Source: Terriglobia bacterium (GTDB lineage: Bacteria > Acidobacteriota > Terriglobia > 20CM-2-55-15). From it: 64,000 nt of DNA. Both the position numbers and the translations under genes were made by a program. The stretch spans positions 736,001-800,000 of the forward strand of contig CBDAOY010000009.1 of the NCBI GenBank assembly GCA_965198225.1, read 5' to 3'. The notes below the pieces were generated by a model that was given only the letters and a program-made list of their open reading frames with translations, was not told where the DNA came from and made no database searches. Shown here piece after piece: positions 1 through 11,412 of the stretch. Within the stretch, counting starts at the first letter, position 1, and every line of letters begins with the position of its first letter.

Positions 1-2975
1 CCCGGAATTACTTCGCTTCCGAGCCCCAGCAGTTGATCCGGCACCTTCCTGGTGGTTCCTTGGGCGGACCGATCCTCGAGGACAAGCTCTTCATCTTCGG
101 TGCCTACGAGCGCCAGACGGACCGGAGCACGACTCTGGCGAGTCGAAACATTCCGACACCGGAGTTCCTCGACGGCATCGTCCGCTACGAGCGCAAGGAC
201 GGCTCGTTCGCGACGCTGACCGACGGCGCGGGCGGCCAGCTGGAAAACTGGACATTCATTCCGGGCGACACGTGGAATCCCGTACTCGTGGGTCAGAATG
301 GGTACTATCAGATCTACCGCCCGTTCTCGCAGGACGCAGCGCGGACGGAGCCGGGTGAGGACAACGGAGCCAACACGCTGCGGTATCGATTCAACTCGCC
401 GTTCGTCCGCAACCGCAACATCTACATCACGCGGATGGATTTCACCGCGAGCGAGAACCACACGCTGTTTTTCCGCGGGACGCTTAACGACGATGTCCGG
501 ACGCTGGGCGCCGAGAGCTTTCCGGGTTTCGGCGACGCGCGGGAGCGGCTGGACAACAGCAAGGGTTTCGCGGCGAGCTGGAACTGGGTGATCTCACCGT
601 CGCTGAACAGCAACTTCACGGCGGGACTGACCCGGGAATCGTTCGAGGAAACCGGAAACAACCGGTCCTACTACAACGCCCCGCTGTTCAGCGAGCCGTT
701 CCAGACGCAGGGGGCGACGCGGACGGCCATCGATACGTGGAACCTCGTCGAGAACATCAGTTACATCACCGGGAACCACAACATCCAGGCCGGCATCAAC
801 TTCCGGTCGCTGGAGAACAACCTCAGCGACTTCAACGAGGTCGAGCCACCGGAGTACGGTGGTGGAGCCAACCTGACCGCGAACAACATCGGAGTGGCGT
901 CGAGCCCGGGATTCAAACGCGCCGTCGGTGATGCGGAATTTGCCAACGCCGTTTCGCCGCACGCGGTCGGAGACGCGGTCATGGCCGCGACCGGGTCACT
1001 CTCCCGCTTCAGCGAAGACGTCCAGTACGACCCCCAGGGCAACCGACTGGCTCCGGGGAGCCCGCTAGCGCGCAATTACCGGCTCCAGGAGTACGACTGG
1101 TACATCATGGACACCTGGCGCGCGACGCCGAACCTGACCCTGACGTTCGGTATCAACCACAGCTACCAGACGCCGCCCTACGAGAGCAACGGCGTCCAGG
1201 TGAACTGGGTCCAGGACCTGGGGCAGCGGATCGAGACGCAGTCGGACACGACGAGTACCGTCCTGCAGCTGCCCCTTTACACCGCCGCGCCCGCCGGGCG
1301 AGGCAACGGTCGACCCGATTACTACAACGGGGACATCAACAACTGGTCCCCGCGTGTGAGTTTCGCCTGGACCCCACAGGGGGACTGGGCGAGCGCCGGC
1401 GGCCAGCTGGTCGTGCGGGGCGGATACTCGAGGAGCTACGACGCGATCGGGCGGCGTTTCGCCCGGGACGCGGCCCTGACGGGCTCCATCGGGTTGAAGT
1501 CGCAGTTCTCGGTTCCGGGATTCTTCTACTCGATCGATGATCTGGACGGGGCCCCTCGGGCGCCCCGGGTCGGTCCCGGTTTTTCGTTGCCTCGAGCGTT
1601 CTTCCCGACGCCTCCCGAAACGGCCGACTTCCTCGCTCCGGCGACGGCGAACGGCATCGGGGGCACCAGCTACAGCGGGATCGACCGGGGCATCTTCTCG
1701 CCCTCGAACAACCTGCTGAACCTGACGATCTCGAAAGAGTTGCCGGGTGGCTGGGTGATCGAGGCCTCCTACGTCGGCCGCTTCGCCCGCGATCTGCTGG
1801 GCCAGGTCGATATCGCCAGTCCCGTCAACGTGCGGGATCCGATCAGCGGTCAGACCTACTACCAGGCGATCAAGACCATGTACGAGCGGTACGAGTTCAA
1901 CTACACGCCCGTAGACCAGGTCCAGCCGATTCCATGGTTCGAGAACGTTTACGGGAAAGCCCTGACCAGCGCCAACAAGCGTCTCGACGGAGCGCCGTAT
2001 CCGAGCGCGACCCAGGCCTTCTACGCGCTGATGCACAAGAGTCGGGGTCCGGGGCCCAACACAGCGGCGAGTCTCGTGGATGAGATCCAGGGCATCGAAC
2101 GCCGCGAGGGCAACGTCCTGCTCAACCCGCAGGCGCAGTTTTTCGGTGTTTTCAGCAACATCAGCCGTTCGAACTACAACTCGGGCCAGTTCACCCTGCG
2201 GAAGCGGTTCTCGGATGGCTTCACCTGGACGGCCAACTACACGTTCTCGAAGTCGATGGACATCACGTCGGCCGCCGAGTCGGAAGGCAACCGGGCCAAC
2301 GGGGCGACGAACTTCGGTTTGGCCGAGGATCCGTACAACCCGGAGCTGAACTACCACATCTCCGACTTCAACCGGACGCACCAGTTCAACAGCAACTTCC
2401 TTGTGGAGCTGCCGTTCGGTCATGGGAAGCCGTTCGGAGCCAACATCTCGAACGTTGCGAACCAAATCATCGGTGGCTGGCAGTTCTCGGGCATCATGGT
2501 CACTTCCAGCGGAAGACCATGGCAGTTCACGGCCTCCAGCCGCTACAATCACCACTACTTCGGCCGGACGATCCCGCACATGGTCCGACCCGTCGAACAG
2601 GGTATTTTCAAGCAGGACGGCCAGGTCTTCCTGGTCGGACCCAACAAGCAGGCCCGGATCGACTACACCAACCGGGACCCCGGGCAGGAGTACTTCTGGG
2701 GTGCGTACCCGGGCAGCTCGATCCAGCGGAACCAGGGCCTCGGACCCGCGTTCTTCAACATGGATTTCGCGATCACCAAGAACTTCACGGTGACCGAGGA
2801 CGTCCGGGCGCGTTTCCGTTGGGAAGCTTTCAACATCACCAACCATCCGAACTTCGACATCCCGACAGGGCGGAACGGGCGGAGCGTCGATCGTACGAGC
2901 GGTCTGCTGGGTCAGGTGACCAACACACGCGGAACCGAGCGTGTGATGCAGTTCAGCTTCCGGTTGGAGTTCTAG
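1..2975 (+). CDS. TonB-dependent receptor (Oar-like, carboxypeptidase-regulatory type), 5' end outside the window
   Basis: ORF 33-2975 open upstream; GGSLGGPI..DKLFIFGAYE, NNWSPRVSFAW and the C-terminal RVMQFSFRLEF beta-strand; paralog of the next gene. Confidence 0.9.
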   Translation, partial: RNYFASEPQQLIRHLPGGSLGGPILEDKLFIFGAYERQTDRSTTLASRNIPTPEFLDGIVRYERKDGSFATLTDGAGGQLENWTFIPGDTWNPVLVGQNGYYQIYRPFSQDAARTEPGEDNGANTLRYRFNSPFVRNRNIYITRMDFTASENHTLFFRGTLNDDVRTLGAESFPGFGDARERLDNSKGFAASWNWVISPSLNSNFTAGLTRESFEETGNNRSYYNAPLFSEPFQTQGATRTAIDTWNLVENISYITGNHNIQAGINFRSLENNLSDFNEVEPPEYGGGANLTANNIGVASSPGFKRAVGDAEFANAVSPHAVGDAVMAATGSLSRFSEDVQYDPQGNRLAPGSPLARNYRLQEYDWYIMDTWRATPNLTLTFGINHSYQTPPYESNGVQVNWVQDLGQRIETQSDTTSTVLQLPLYTAAPAGRGNGRPDYYNGDINNWSPRVSFAWTPQGDWASAGGQLVVRGGYSRSYDAIGRRFARDAALTGSIGLKSQFSVPGFFYSIDDLDGAPRAPRVGPGFSLPRAFFPTPPETADFLAPATANGIGGTSYSGIDRGIFSPSNNLLNLTISKELPGGWVIEASYVGRFARDLLGQVDIASPVNVRDPISGQTYYQAIKTMYERYEFNYTPVDQVQPIPWFENVYGKALTSANKRLDGAPYPSATQAFYALMHKSRGPGPNTAASLVDEIQGIERREGNVLLNPQAQFFGVFSNISRSNYNSGQFTLRKRFSDGFTWTANYTFSKSMDITSAAESEGNRANGATNFGLAEDPYNPELNYHISDFNRTHQFNSNFLVELPFGHGKPFGANISNVANQIIGGWQFSGIMVTSSGRPWQFTASSRYNHHYFGRTIPHMVRPVEQGIFKQDGQVFLVGPNKQARIDYTNRDPGQEYFWGAYPGSSIQRNQGLGPAFFNMDFAITKNFTVTEDVRARFRWEAFNITNHPNFDIPTGRNGRSVDRTSGLLGQVTNTRGTERVMQFSFRLEF

Positions 2976-2994
2976 CTTCAAGTCGGTTGGAGCG

Positions 2995-3027
2995 AAAGGG
3001 CGGGGTTTCGGCCCCGCCCTTTTTTTT
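2995..3027 (+). terminator. Rho-independent terminator
   Basis: AAAGGGCGGGG-TTTCGG-CCCCGCCC followed by a T8 tract, right after the stop codon. Confidence 0.85.
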
Positions 3028-3085
3028 GACAGTGGATCAGTATTTCTGCTTCAACGCGAGAGGATTAGCGGGATTCTTACGGCAC

Positions 3086-3152
3086 GTGTAGGTGCGCTCT
3101 ATGAGCGCACAAATCGTCGCTCAGCGTGTGCGGTCGTAGACCGCACCTACAC
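3086..3152. repeat. GTAG-type REP doublet (REPIN-like)
   Basis: GTAG-GTGCGCTC-TAT-GAGCGCAC ... GTGCGGTC-GTA-GACCGCAC-CTAC, inverted pair; another REP copy at 63081. Confidence 0.75.
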
Positions 3153-4096
3153 CTAAGCGATTGATTTTGCGGGCTTTTGACTTTGAATGAACCTGCCGGC
3201 TGTTACCACCCCACCTGAAACTCCCCACACCCCAAATCCGCCCTCACGGACAATTTCTATGGTTTTTTGTATTTTTCGAGCTCGTCGATTCTCTAACCCT
3301 CACATTCCACTGGAATCCACGTTTGGTACGTCATGTGCATAATGACGGGTTGGGATGGTAAGACCCCGTCGGCCGGTACCCCGAATCGAGGGTGGCCAGA
3401 GAGCCTTTACCGGGATGGGGTGGCGAGTGGGATGAAGAGTGGGATGGTGGAGACGTAATCTAGTCTGAGTGGTGTTCCAATCCTGGGAAGTCAGTTCTGA
3501 CTCCCTTTCGAATCAAACAATTTGACTCAAGACACCATGCGGCGCCTGAAGTGTGCCCGTGGATACACGAACGAGTGACGATCGTGCATCCTCCAAATAA
3601 CTGCCTACGGTCTAAGGATTACTGATCCCCCTCGCATACCGTCCGCACTCCAGCCCCACGCTACGTGTCTCTTCGCCGCACGCAACGCGTGTATTTTCTT
3701 GCATACATTGTGGATAAAGGTTGTCTATCTACTGTCGTGTAGCAGTTCTCCGAAATTCCATATTTGCGGTAACCCGCTTTAGCCGGAAGCCATTGATTCC
3801 ACACCAAAGTGCCGTTTGGAATCGTGCTTGCCATTCACTTCGTGGGATGGATCTGGAAGTTGCGGGCCGACGTGCCAGTGAAGGCGTTGTATACGCGTCA
3901 AACCCGCGATTCCGGTCCGGAGAGTGGGAGTGGTGGAGATCTTGATTCGTTCCGCCCGTTCCCGGCGAAGCGGCCGGGAACGGGCTCAATACTCTCGAAG
4001 TCGAAAGTCTGTGTCGTCATCCCCTCGGGCACCCTCGCGACAACTTGCCGGCCTCGGGAACGTTCACAACTCAATTACAGAACAGGAGCTTTTTGA

Positions 4097-7000
4097 ATGG
4101 TATTGAACACTCGCCTTAACCGTACGGTGATCCGGCCGGCGTTTACGCTGGTCATGGTCATCCTTCTGGGGACGGTAACGGGCTTCGGACAGGGTTTGTC
4201 CGGCATTACGGGGGGCGTGTCCGACCCGACCGGCGCGCTGATCCCGGGTGTCGAGGTCACGATCTCCAACGAGGCCACCGGTGTCAGCCGGACGGTCATC
4301 ACCAACGAGACCGGCTCGTATACGGGCACGCAACTTCAGCCCGGGACATACACAATTCAGGCATCGCTTCCCGGCTTCCAGACAGCGGTCGCTCGTGGAG
4401 TGACGTTGCCGGTCAGCCAGACCGTAACCTTGAATCTGTCGCTTCAGGTCGGACAGGTTAGCCAGACCATCGAAGTGACGGCCGAAGCAGAGTTGATCAA
4501 TACGGTCGACGCCGAGCTCGGCGTACCGTTCGACTCGCAAAAAATCATCGACCTTCCACTCAACGCGCGGAACATCGTGGGTCTACTCGGCCTGCAGGCC
4601 GGTGTCACGACGACCGATAACGGTTCGCTCACCTCCGGCGCGGAGGAAGACACCGAGATGGGTGGCCAGGTGCACGGTGCCCGCAACGACCAGCAGAACA
4701 TCACGCTCGACGGCGTCGACGTCAACGCACAGGAGAAGGGACAGGCGTTTGAGGGTGCACTGCCGACGACGCTGGATTCCGTACAGGAGTTCATCGTAGA
4801 AACGGCCGGACAGAGCGGAGGCGCGAGCCGCGGCAGTGGAGCGCAAATCCAACTCGTGACCAAGAGCGGGACCAACCAATGGCATGGCTCGGCCTACGAG
4901 TTCTACCGCACGACGGGAACATCCGCGCGTAACTACTTCGCAGACGAGGCGTCGCCGCTGATCCGTCACATCCCTGGTGGATCGCTGGGTGGGCCGGTCC
5001 TTAAAGACAAGCTGTTCATCTTCGGTGCCTATGAACGCCAGTCCGACCGAAGCGCGACCCTGGAGCGGAGGCAGGTTCCTACTCAGACTCTAATCGACGG
5101 CATCGTGCGATATCAGCGGCTGGATGGGAGCTTCGGGACGATCACCGACGGACCGGGCGGCATGCTGGAGCAGATCACGCAGATCCCTGGCGACACCTTC
5201 AATCCCGTCGTCGTCGGATCGAGCGGACTGCTGCAGGCGTTTAAACCGTTCTCGAGCGATACCGCGGCGACGACACCGGGTGTCGACAACGGGGCCAACT
5301 TCCTCGAGTATCGGTTCAACGCACCGTTCACGCGGAACCGGAACATTTACATCTCGCGTCTGGACTACGTCCTGAACGAGGATCACAATTTCTATTTCCG
5401 TGGGACGTTGAACGACGACGTGCGGACCCTCGAGGCCGATCTCTTTCCGGGATTCGGCGGTGGGCGCGATCGGATCGACAACAGCAAAGGCTTCGCCGCC
5501 GCCTGGAATCAGGTCTGGTCCCCAACACTGACGGGTAACTTCCGTGCCGGCCTGACGCGCGAGTCGCGCGAGGACACGGGCAACAACGTTGCGTTCTGGA
5601 ACCTGCCCAACGTCAGCGAGCTGATCCAGGACGACGGCGCCGTCCGGCAGTCGATCGACACGTGGAACCTGACCTACGACTTGAGCTACCTGAGCGGGAG
5701 CCACACGATCCAGGGCGGCTTCAACTTCCGCAACATCCAAAACCACCTGGTTTCGTTCGACGATGTGGTGCCCGGAACCTTTTCCAGTGGGGCGAACCTG
5801 ACGGGTAACGACCTCGGTACGGCCCAGAATCCGGCATTGCTGCGGGCGCTGGGTCCCGACGAATTTGCCCGGGTTGCCGACCCTGGCGTCACCGGCGACG
5901 CGTTGATGCTGGGAACCGGTTCGATTTCTCTATTCCGGGGGGACGTCCAGTTCAACATCGACGGCTCCCGGATTGCAGGAGGAACCCCGCTGGATCGCAC
6001 ATTCCTTCTCCAGGAATACGACTTCTACCTGCAGGACGTGTGGCAGACATCGCCGAACCTGACCGTGACGTACGGGGTCCACTACGGGTACCAGACCCCA
6101 CCCTACGAGCAGGATGGGTTCCAGGTGGGCTGGAACAATGACCTGCTGCGCCGGTGGCAGGAAAGCCGTGGTACGACGAAGACGGTCCCCGAGCAGGAGC
6201 TCTTCACCACTCAGGTCAACGGCCGCCAGAACGGTCTGCGGGATTTCTACGACCCGGATTCCAACAACTGGGCGCCCCGTGTGTCGTTTGCGTGGCAACC
6301 GCAATGGGGCTTCGCGTCGGCGGGCGGGCCGCTGGTCATACGCGGCGGATATTCGCTCATGTATGACGGCATCGGCCGTCGGTTTTCCCGGGAGGCTGCA
6401 ACGCTGGCATCGATCGGTCTGTTAAGCACCGTCCGGCAGCCCGGGTTCAGCAAGTCGATCGACGGTCTGAACGACATCGAACGGGCGTCCCGCCTGGACG
6501 GCAGCCTTGCGTTGCCCCGTGGGGAGTTCGTGGACCTGGCCGAGAGTGCCTTCATCCTCGGCGCGCCGCTGCGCTCTTCCGGATTCGGCAGCGGCAACAC
6601 GACGGGCATCACGCAAAGCCTGGATTCCCCGATCAACAACCTGGTCAACCTGACGATTTCGAAAGAGCTGCCCCGGAACTTCCTCGTCGAAGTTTCTTAT
6701 GTCGGCCGTTTTGCCCGCAACCTGCTGGGCCAGATCGACCTGGCCAGCCCGGTCAACTTGATCGATCCGACCAGCGGCCAGAACTACCAGCAGGCGATCC
6801 GCGAGATCTACGGCCAGTCCTTTGACGGCGTGGCGTTCAGCGATGCCAGGGCGATCCCGTTTTTCGAGAACGTCTACGGCCAGGATCTGATCGATGCGGC
6901 CGAGGCCCGGTTCGGCGGAACCTTCAGCAGCGCCGGCCAGGCCTTCTACCGCTGGCTGCACGGCAGTCGGGATCCGGGACCGAACGCCCCGATCAGCCTC

Positions 7001-7893
7001 AGCGACCAGCTCAACATCATCGAGAACACGCTGGGCCGTCCGATCCTCGTGAACAACCAGTCGCAGTTTTTCGGCTTGTTCGGCAACTTCTCAAAGTCGA
7101 ACTACCACGGGCTCAACGTCACCCTCCGCAAGCGTTTCAGCGACAATGTCGCCTTCGACGTGAACTACACGCTCTCGAAGTCGCTCGACGTCACGTCGGC
7201 CTCAGAGGCCTTCGGCAATCGTCCAAACGGTCAAACCGGCATCGGGATGGCGGAAGATCCTTGGAACCCCGAGCTGTCCTACGCGCTGTCGGACTTCGAC
7301 CGCCGGCATCAGCTCAACGGAAACTTCCTCGTGCAGCTTCCTTTCGGGCGCGGTCACCGGATCGGCCAGAACGTCAGTTCCATCGCCAACCACATCATCG
7401 GTGGGTGGGAGCTCGGCGGCATCGTCCAGGCGAGCAGTGGCCGACCGTTCAACTTCACCGCCTCGAACCGGTTCAACCACCACTTCTTCCGGCCGATCCA
7501 TTCCCCACCTCGTGGGCGATGTTCCGTTCGGCCTGGAGAAGGGCGAGGACAACCGGGTCTTCTTGATCGAGGGGGGGGGCCGACGTGCGAACGAGCATCA
7601 GCCGGGATGCCTTCCAGAACACGTTCCCGGGAAGCACGATCGCCCGCAATCAGGGCCGTGGGCCGAGCTTCTACAACATGGACTTCTCCGTAGGGAAGAG
7701 CTTCACGATCAGCGAAGACCTGCGGGCGCGGTTCCGATGGGAGGCCTTCAACCTCCTGAATCACGCCAACTTCGGCATCCCGCAGACGACCGGCGGCACG
7801 AGCATCGACCGTTCGCAGTCCGGCACGGGCGAGGTCGTCGAGACCCGTGGTACCGAGCGTGTGATGCAGTTCAGTTTCCGGCTGGAGTGGTAG
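4097..7893 (+). CDS. TonB-dependent receptor (Oar-like), two apparent +1 frameshifts near 7490 and 7571-7579
   Basis: Signal peptide, ITGGVSDPTGALIPGVEVT carboxypeptidase-regulatory domain, plug and barrel; the C-terminus continues in ORFs 7401 and 7585 (..RVMQFSFRLEW) in register with the upstream paralog. Confidence 0.85.
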
Positions 7894-7894
7894 G

Positions 7895-7926
7895 GAAAAA
7901 GGCGGGGCTTTGGCCCCGCCTTTTTC
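7895..7926 (+). terminator. Rho-independent terminator (possibly bidirectional)
   Basis: GAAAAAGGCGGGGC-TTTG-GCCCCGCCTTTTTC. Confidence 0.85.
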
Positions 7927-8030
7927 AGGGTGACGAGCCGTCTCCGAATTTTCTGCTCAGCCAACACCCGGGGACAGGGCAAGTCCCTGTCCCCCTCACA
8001 TGGGCTCTCTCGCGGATCGTTCCGCTTAAC

Positions 8031-9653
8031 AGTTGTGTGCGTCAAGTTCTGCAAAAAGTATTTCCGAAAAAGTCAGTTCTTGAGTGTTGATCGCCGTCGG
8101 GCCTGTGGGAATGTGGGAAAGCTGAACGTTCTTGGCGAAGCTTTTCCAAGCCTCAGAGGGAATCCGCGTCTTGTTGCGGATTTCCTCTGAGGCGTCATTT
8201 CCATCAGGCCTCTGCCTTTCTTTCTTTTTTGGTTCTCTTTCTTTCGCCCTTTGAAAGTTTTCCACAGAGATTCCTCGCTCCAGGATGCGCTGTAATCGAC
8301 GATCGGCTTCCGAGCCGATCCTTGGGTCGGTCCGTTTTGACGCGTTCACGCGGCAGGCGTCTGACGGTGCCAGTCCTTCTTGTGTTCCTTCAACAGATCC
8401 ATGTTCAAATAACGGATCGCTTCGATCCAGTTCTCGTGCATCTCGGTGGTCAGTGCCCGAATCAAACGCAGACAGCTGGCCGCGTTGGGGAATATCCGCA
8501 CCACACGCGTTCGCCGCTTGATCTCTTCGTTGAGCCGTTCCAGCATATTGGTGGATTTCATGTGCTTGTGATGCTGAAGCGGCAGCGTGTAGAAGCTCAG
8601 CGTCTCGTCGATGTTGTCTTCGACCCAGTCGCAGAGTTTGGGATATTTCTGCCCCCACTTGCTCAACCACGCCGCGAGGTCCTGCCGCGCTTCCTGGAGG
8701 TTCCGCCGATCGTAGAGCCAACGCAGTTCCTGGAGGCAATCGTCATCGCCTTTGCGCGGCAGATAATCCAATGCGTTTCGGAGAAAGTGCACGTAGCAGC
8801 GCTGCCAGATCGCTTCGGTCAGGACTTCCGCGATGGCTTTCTTCAACCCCGGATGATCGTCGGTCACCACGAACTCCACCCCGCACAGGCCGCGTTGTTT
8901 TAAACTCAGCAGCAGTTGCCGCCAACTGGTCGTGCTTTCCCGTCCCGCCAGCTCCACCGCCAACACACCGCGCCGGCCGTCCCAGTTGATTCCGATCGCG
9001 ACCAGCACCGCCCGGCTCCGGATGACCCCGTCTTCGCGCACCTTCTCGTAGCGCGCATCCAAAATTAGGTACGGGTATTCTTCCTCCAATCGTCGCGTTG
9101 CAAACTTTTTCAGCTCCTTGTCCAGAGTCTGATTAATCCGGCTGATCGTGCTGGCCGAAAACGAATGTCCGCATAGTTCTTCGGTGATGGCTTTCACCTT
9201 GCGCGTTGACACGCCCTGCACGTACATCTCGGCCAAGCTGGCCACCAAGGCTTTCTCGCTGCGTTGGTAGCGTTCAAACACCTCCGTACTGAACCGGCCG
9301 GCCCGGTCCTGCGGCACGCGCAACTCCAGCTTGCCCACCCGTGTGACCAGGTCCCGTCCGTAATAGCCACTCCGATATCCGGTGCGACCCCCTGTTCGTT
9401 CACTCTTGACCGCGCCCACGACCTGGTCCATCTCCGCCTCGAGAATCTCTTGAACCACCTCCTGTACGACGCTTTTCAGCAAATCCTTTTCCTCTCCTAA
9501 CAGTTCTTTCCAATCCACTCCCTTTCGCTTAATCTGAGGTCGGGCCATCGGTTCATCTCCTTCGTTTCAAAGTTGATTCGTTACCAACTTTTCGGAGATA
9601 CCCTGGCCCTTTCCTATTTCAGGACCTTTTTGCAGAAACTCTGAAACATAACC
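8031..9653 (-). mobile_element. IS256-family insertion sequence
   Basis: Imperfect 28 bp TIRs ending TTCTGCAAAAAG; direct repeat CGCTTAAC at 8023-8030 and 9654-9661 (8-9 bp TSD). Confidence 0.9.
8346..9548 (-). CDS. IS256-family (mutator) transposase
   Basis: RVPQDRAGRFSTEVFERYQR, GVSTRKV, WQRCYVHFLRN, STNMLERLNEEIKRR motifs. Confidence 0.95.
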   Translation of the reverse strand: MARPQIKRKGVDWKELLGEEKDLLKSVVQEVVQEILEAEMDQVVGAVKSERTGGRTGYRSGYYGRDLVTRVGKLELRVPQDRAGRFSTEVFERYQRSEKALVASLAEMYVQGVSTRKVKAITEELCGHSFSASTISRINQTLDKELKKFATRRLEEEYPYLILDARYEKVREDGVIRSRAVLVAIGINWDGRRGVLAVELAGRESTTSWRQLLLSLKQRGLCGVEFVVTDDHPGLKKAIAEVLTEAIWQRCYVHFLRNALDYLPRKGDDDCLQELRWLYDRRNLQEARQDLAAWLSKWGQKYPKLCDWVEDNIDETLSFYTLPLQHHKHMKSTNMLERLNEEIKRRTRVVRIFPNAASCLRLIRALTTEMHENWIEAIRYLNMDLLKEHKKDWHRQTPAA

Positions 9654-9842
9654 CGCTTAACAAACCGAGCTGACTACCGTCCCCGCAACCCCTCCGACTC
9701 GTCACTTGTCACTCGTCACCTCCCCCCAACCTCCCCCGAATGTGGCATTTTGTAACAATGAATCGGTTGAATATGGGTGTGCCCGGGCAGTATCATAACG
9801 ACGCTTAGAGGTGTGTGTGGACGACCCACTAGTGGAGGCTTC

Positions 9843-11342
9843 GTGATATCTAAGACACTGAAAATATTTGTACTTATTCTTGTTCTCACAGCGGTCAGCC
9901 TGGTGGCGCAGCATCCGACGATGGATCCGAAGACCAAGGATGTGCCGTCGGTCGACTACCAGGAAGGCCCGCTGGTCCCGACCATCGATAATTACTACCT
10001 CCAGGGAGACCCCTCCGAGTTCATCCCGGACGAGTTCATGTCGAACCCGAGCGGGGAAGTCGACCCGAGGGAGCTGAAGGGGTATCACTTTCCTCCGCAG
10101 CTCAAGTGGGTGAAGGTGGTGTCGGATCGCCAGATCAAAGCGGGCGGTACGCTTCGTCTGGAGGCACAGGCGGAGAACCCCGTGCCGACACAGCGCTGGT
10201 GGATTGCTTACCAGAACCAGTTCGGCCGGCGTTCGACCTACCGCGCCAACTTCAGGCCGCGCGAAGACAACCCGTGGCTATTCGATGGCGTCGTCCAGAT
10301 CGACGAGTGGGCGGAGCCCGGGGTCTATGTCGTTTACGACGGTGAGCTCAACAGCGAGCTTGGACACTCCAAGGCGTTTTTCCCGCCGATGCACCCCGCG
10401 ATGCTGGGTCTGGAGTTTGAGATCCTCCCTAATACAAACGTCGATGTGATGTACCCGGACCTCGTCGAGCTCTACATCGGTGAGGACGAGAACATGAACG
10501 GCGCGACGTTCGATATCGGGGACATGATTCCGGTACGTGCGAAGCTGTTCGACAACAAGTCGGGCGCCAGCGAGGTAATCCTGCGACTGTCCGGCCCGGA
10601 CAACAAGTATATCGAGCTGAACCTGGCACCGCGATTCAACCATCCCGGAGAGTTCGTCGGTTACTTCCAGATCAATCAATGGTCGGTCGGCGGTGAGTAC
10701 GTCGCGCGTACGATCCAGATCAAGGACCGAGCCGGCAACCAGAAAGACCTGTTCTCGACCACGAACGAACTTCTGGCCACGGCGAAATTCAACATCCGCC
10801 AGGACCCGGCCAATGTCGACAAGGTTCCACCGAAACTGGTCAGCGTCGCGTTCGACCGCGCGACGGCCAGCCTGGAGGAGGAGACAAAAATTATCGCGAT
10901 CGCCGTGGACGACCACTCAGGTATCGGCGACATCTGGGTCGACGTCGGAGCCAGCCCGAGCTGGATCGACAAGAAGAGAGTCCGTCTGAAAGCCAAGGAG
11001 GGCCGGACATTGATCAAGCCCGGTTTCGACGTCAAACAGAATATCTATGAAGGATCGTTCAAGACCCACAAGTTGGACGAGCCCGGCGACTGGGTGATAT
11101 CGCGTGTGTTCGTTCGAGACAACGCAAACAACTACCTGGACGTTCGAGCCGTCGAGAGCCCGGACCTGCAGAGTGTAAAGGTTCTTTACGGTGAGAGCGG
11201 AGGCGCCGGCCCGAGGCCCGCGGCGACGAGCCAGACGACTCAGGCCAATCCACAGCAGGCCGACCAGACGAAGATTCGGCGAATCGACATGATTCCACCT
11301 CATCCCCCGCGTGGGCCCTGCTTGAACTGTCACGAGCCTTAG
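9843..11342 (+). CDS. Secreted protein with repeated Ig-like beta domains and a C-terminal single CxxCH c-type haem motif
   Basis: GGAGG RBS before GTG 9843; hydrophobic signal peptide; repeated DxxSG / G.Y....I.D.AGN units; ends PPHPPRGPCLNCHEP. Confidence 0.7.
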   Translation: MISKTLKIFVLILVLTAVSLVAQHPTMDPKTKDVPSVDYQEGPLVPTIDNYYLQGDPSEFIPDEFMSNPSGEVDPRELKGYHFPPQLKWVKVVSDRQIKAGGTLRLEAQAENPVPTQRWWIAYQNQFGRRSTYRANFRPREDNPWLFDGVVQIDEWAEPGVYVVYDGELNSELGHSKAFFPPMHPAMLGLEFEILPNTNVDVMYPDLVELYIGEDENMNGATFDIGDMIPVRAKLFDNKSGASEVILRLSGPDNKYIELNLAPRFNHPGEFVGYFQINQWSVGGEYVARTIQIKDRAGNQKDLFSTTNELLATAKFNIRQDPANVDKVPPKLVSVAFDRATASLEEETKIIAIAVDDHSGIGDIWVDVGASPSWIDKKRVRLKAKEGRTLIKPGFDVKQNIYEGSFKTHKLDEPGDWVISRVFVRDNANNYLDVRAVESPDLQSVKVLYGESGGAGPRPAATSQTTQANPQQADQTKIRRIDMIPPHPPRGPCLNCHEP

Positions 11343-11412
11343 AGACAATTATCTTCGACGAGTTTTGAACTACATAAATCGATATCGAATCGGAAGACAA
11401 CAAGGAGTTCAC

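Noticed and set aside
1065-2981. Long antisense ORF (638 aa) and similar shadow ORFs, e.g. 63188-63997 and 59506-60594
   Set aside because: They lie opposite well-supported genes, as expected in GC-rich DNA.
3313-3340. Hairpin-site-like AATCCACGT..GTC-ATGTGCAT
   Set aside because: Spacing and core do not match and it is outside the kinase context.
3340-3455. Clustered GGGATG motifs in the long intergenic region
   Set aside because: Irregular spacing and no recognisable RNA family; a function cannot be supported.
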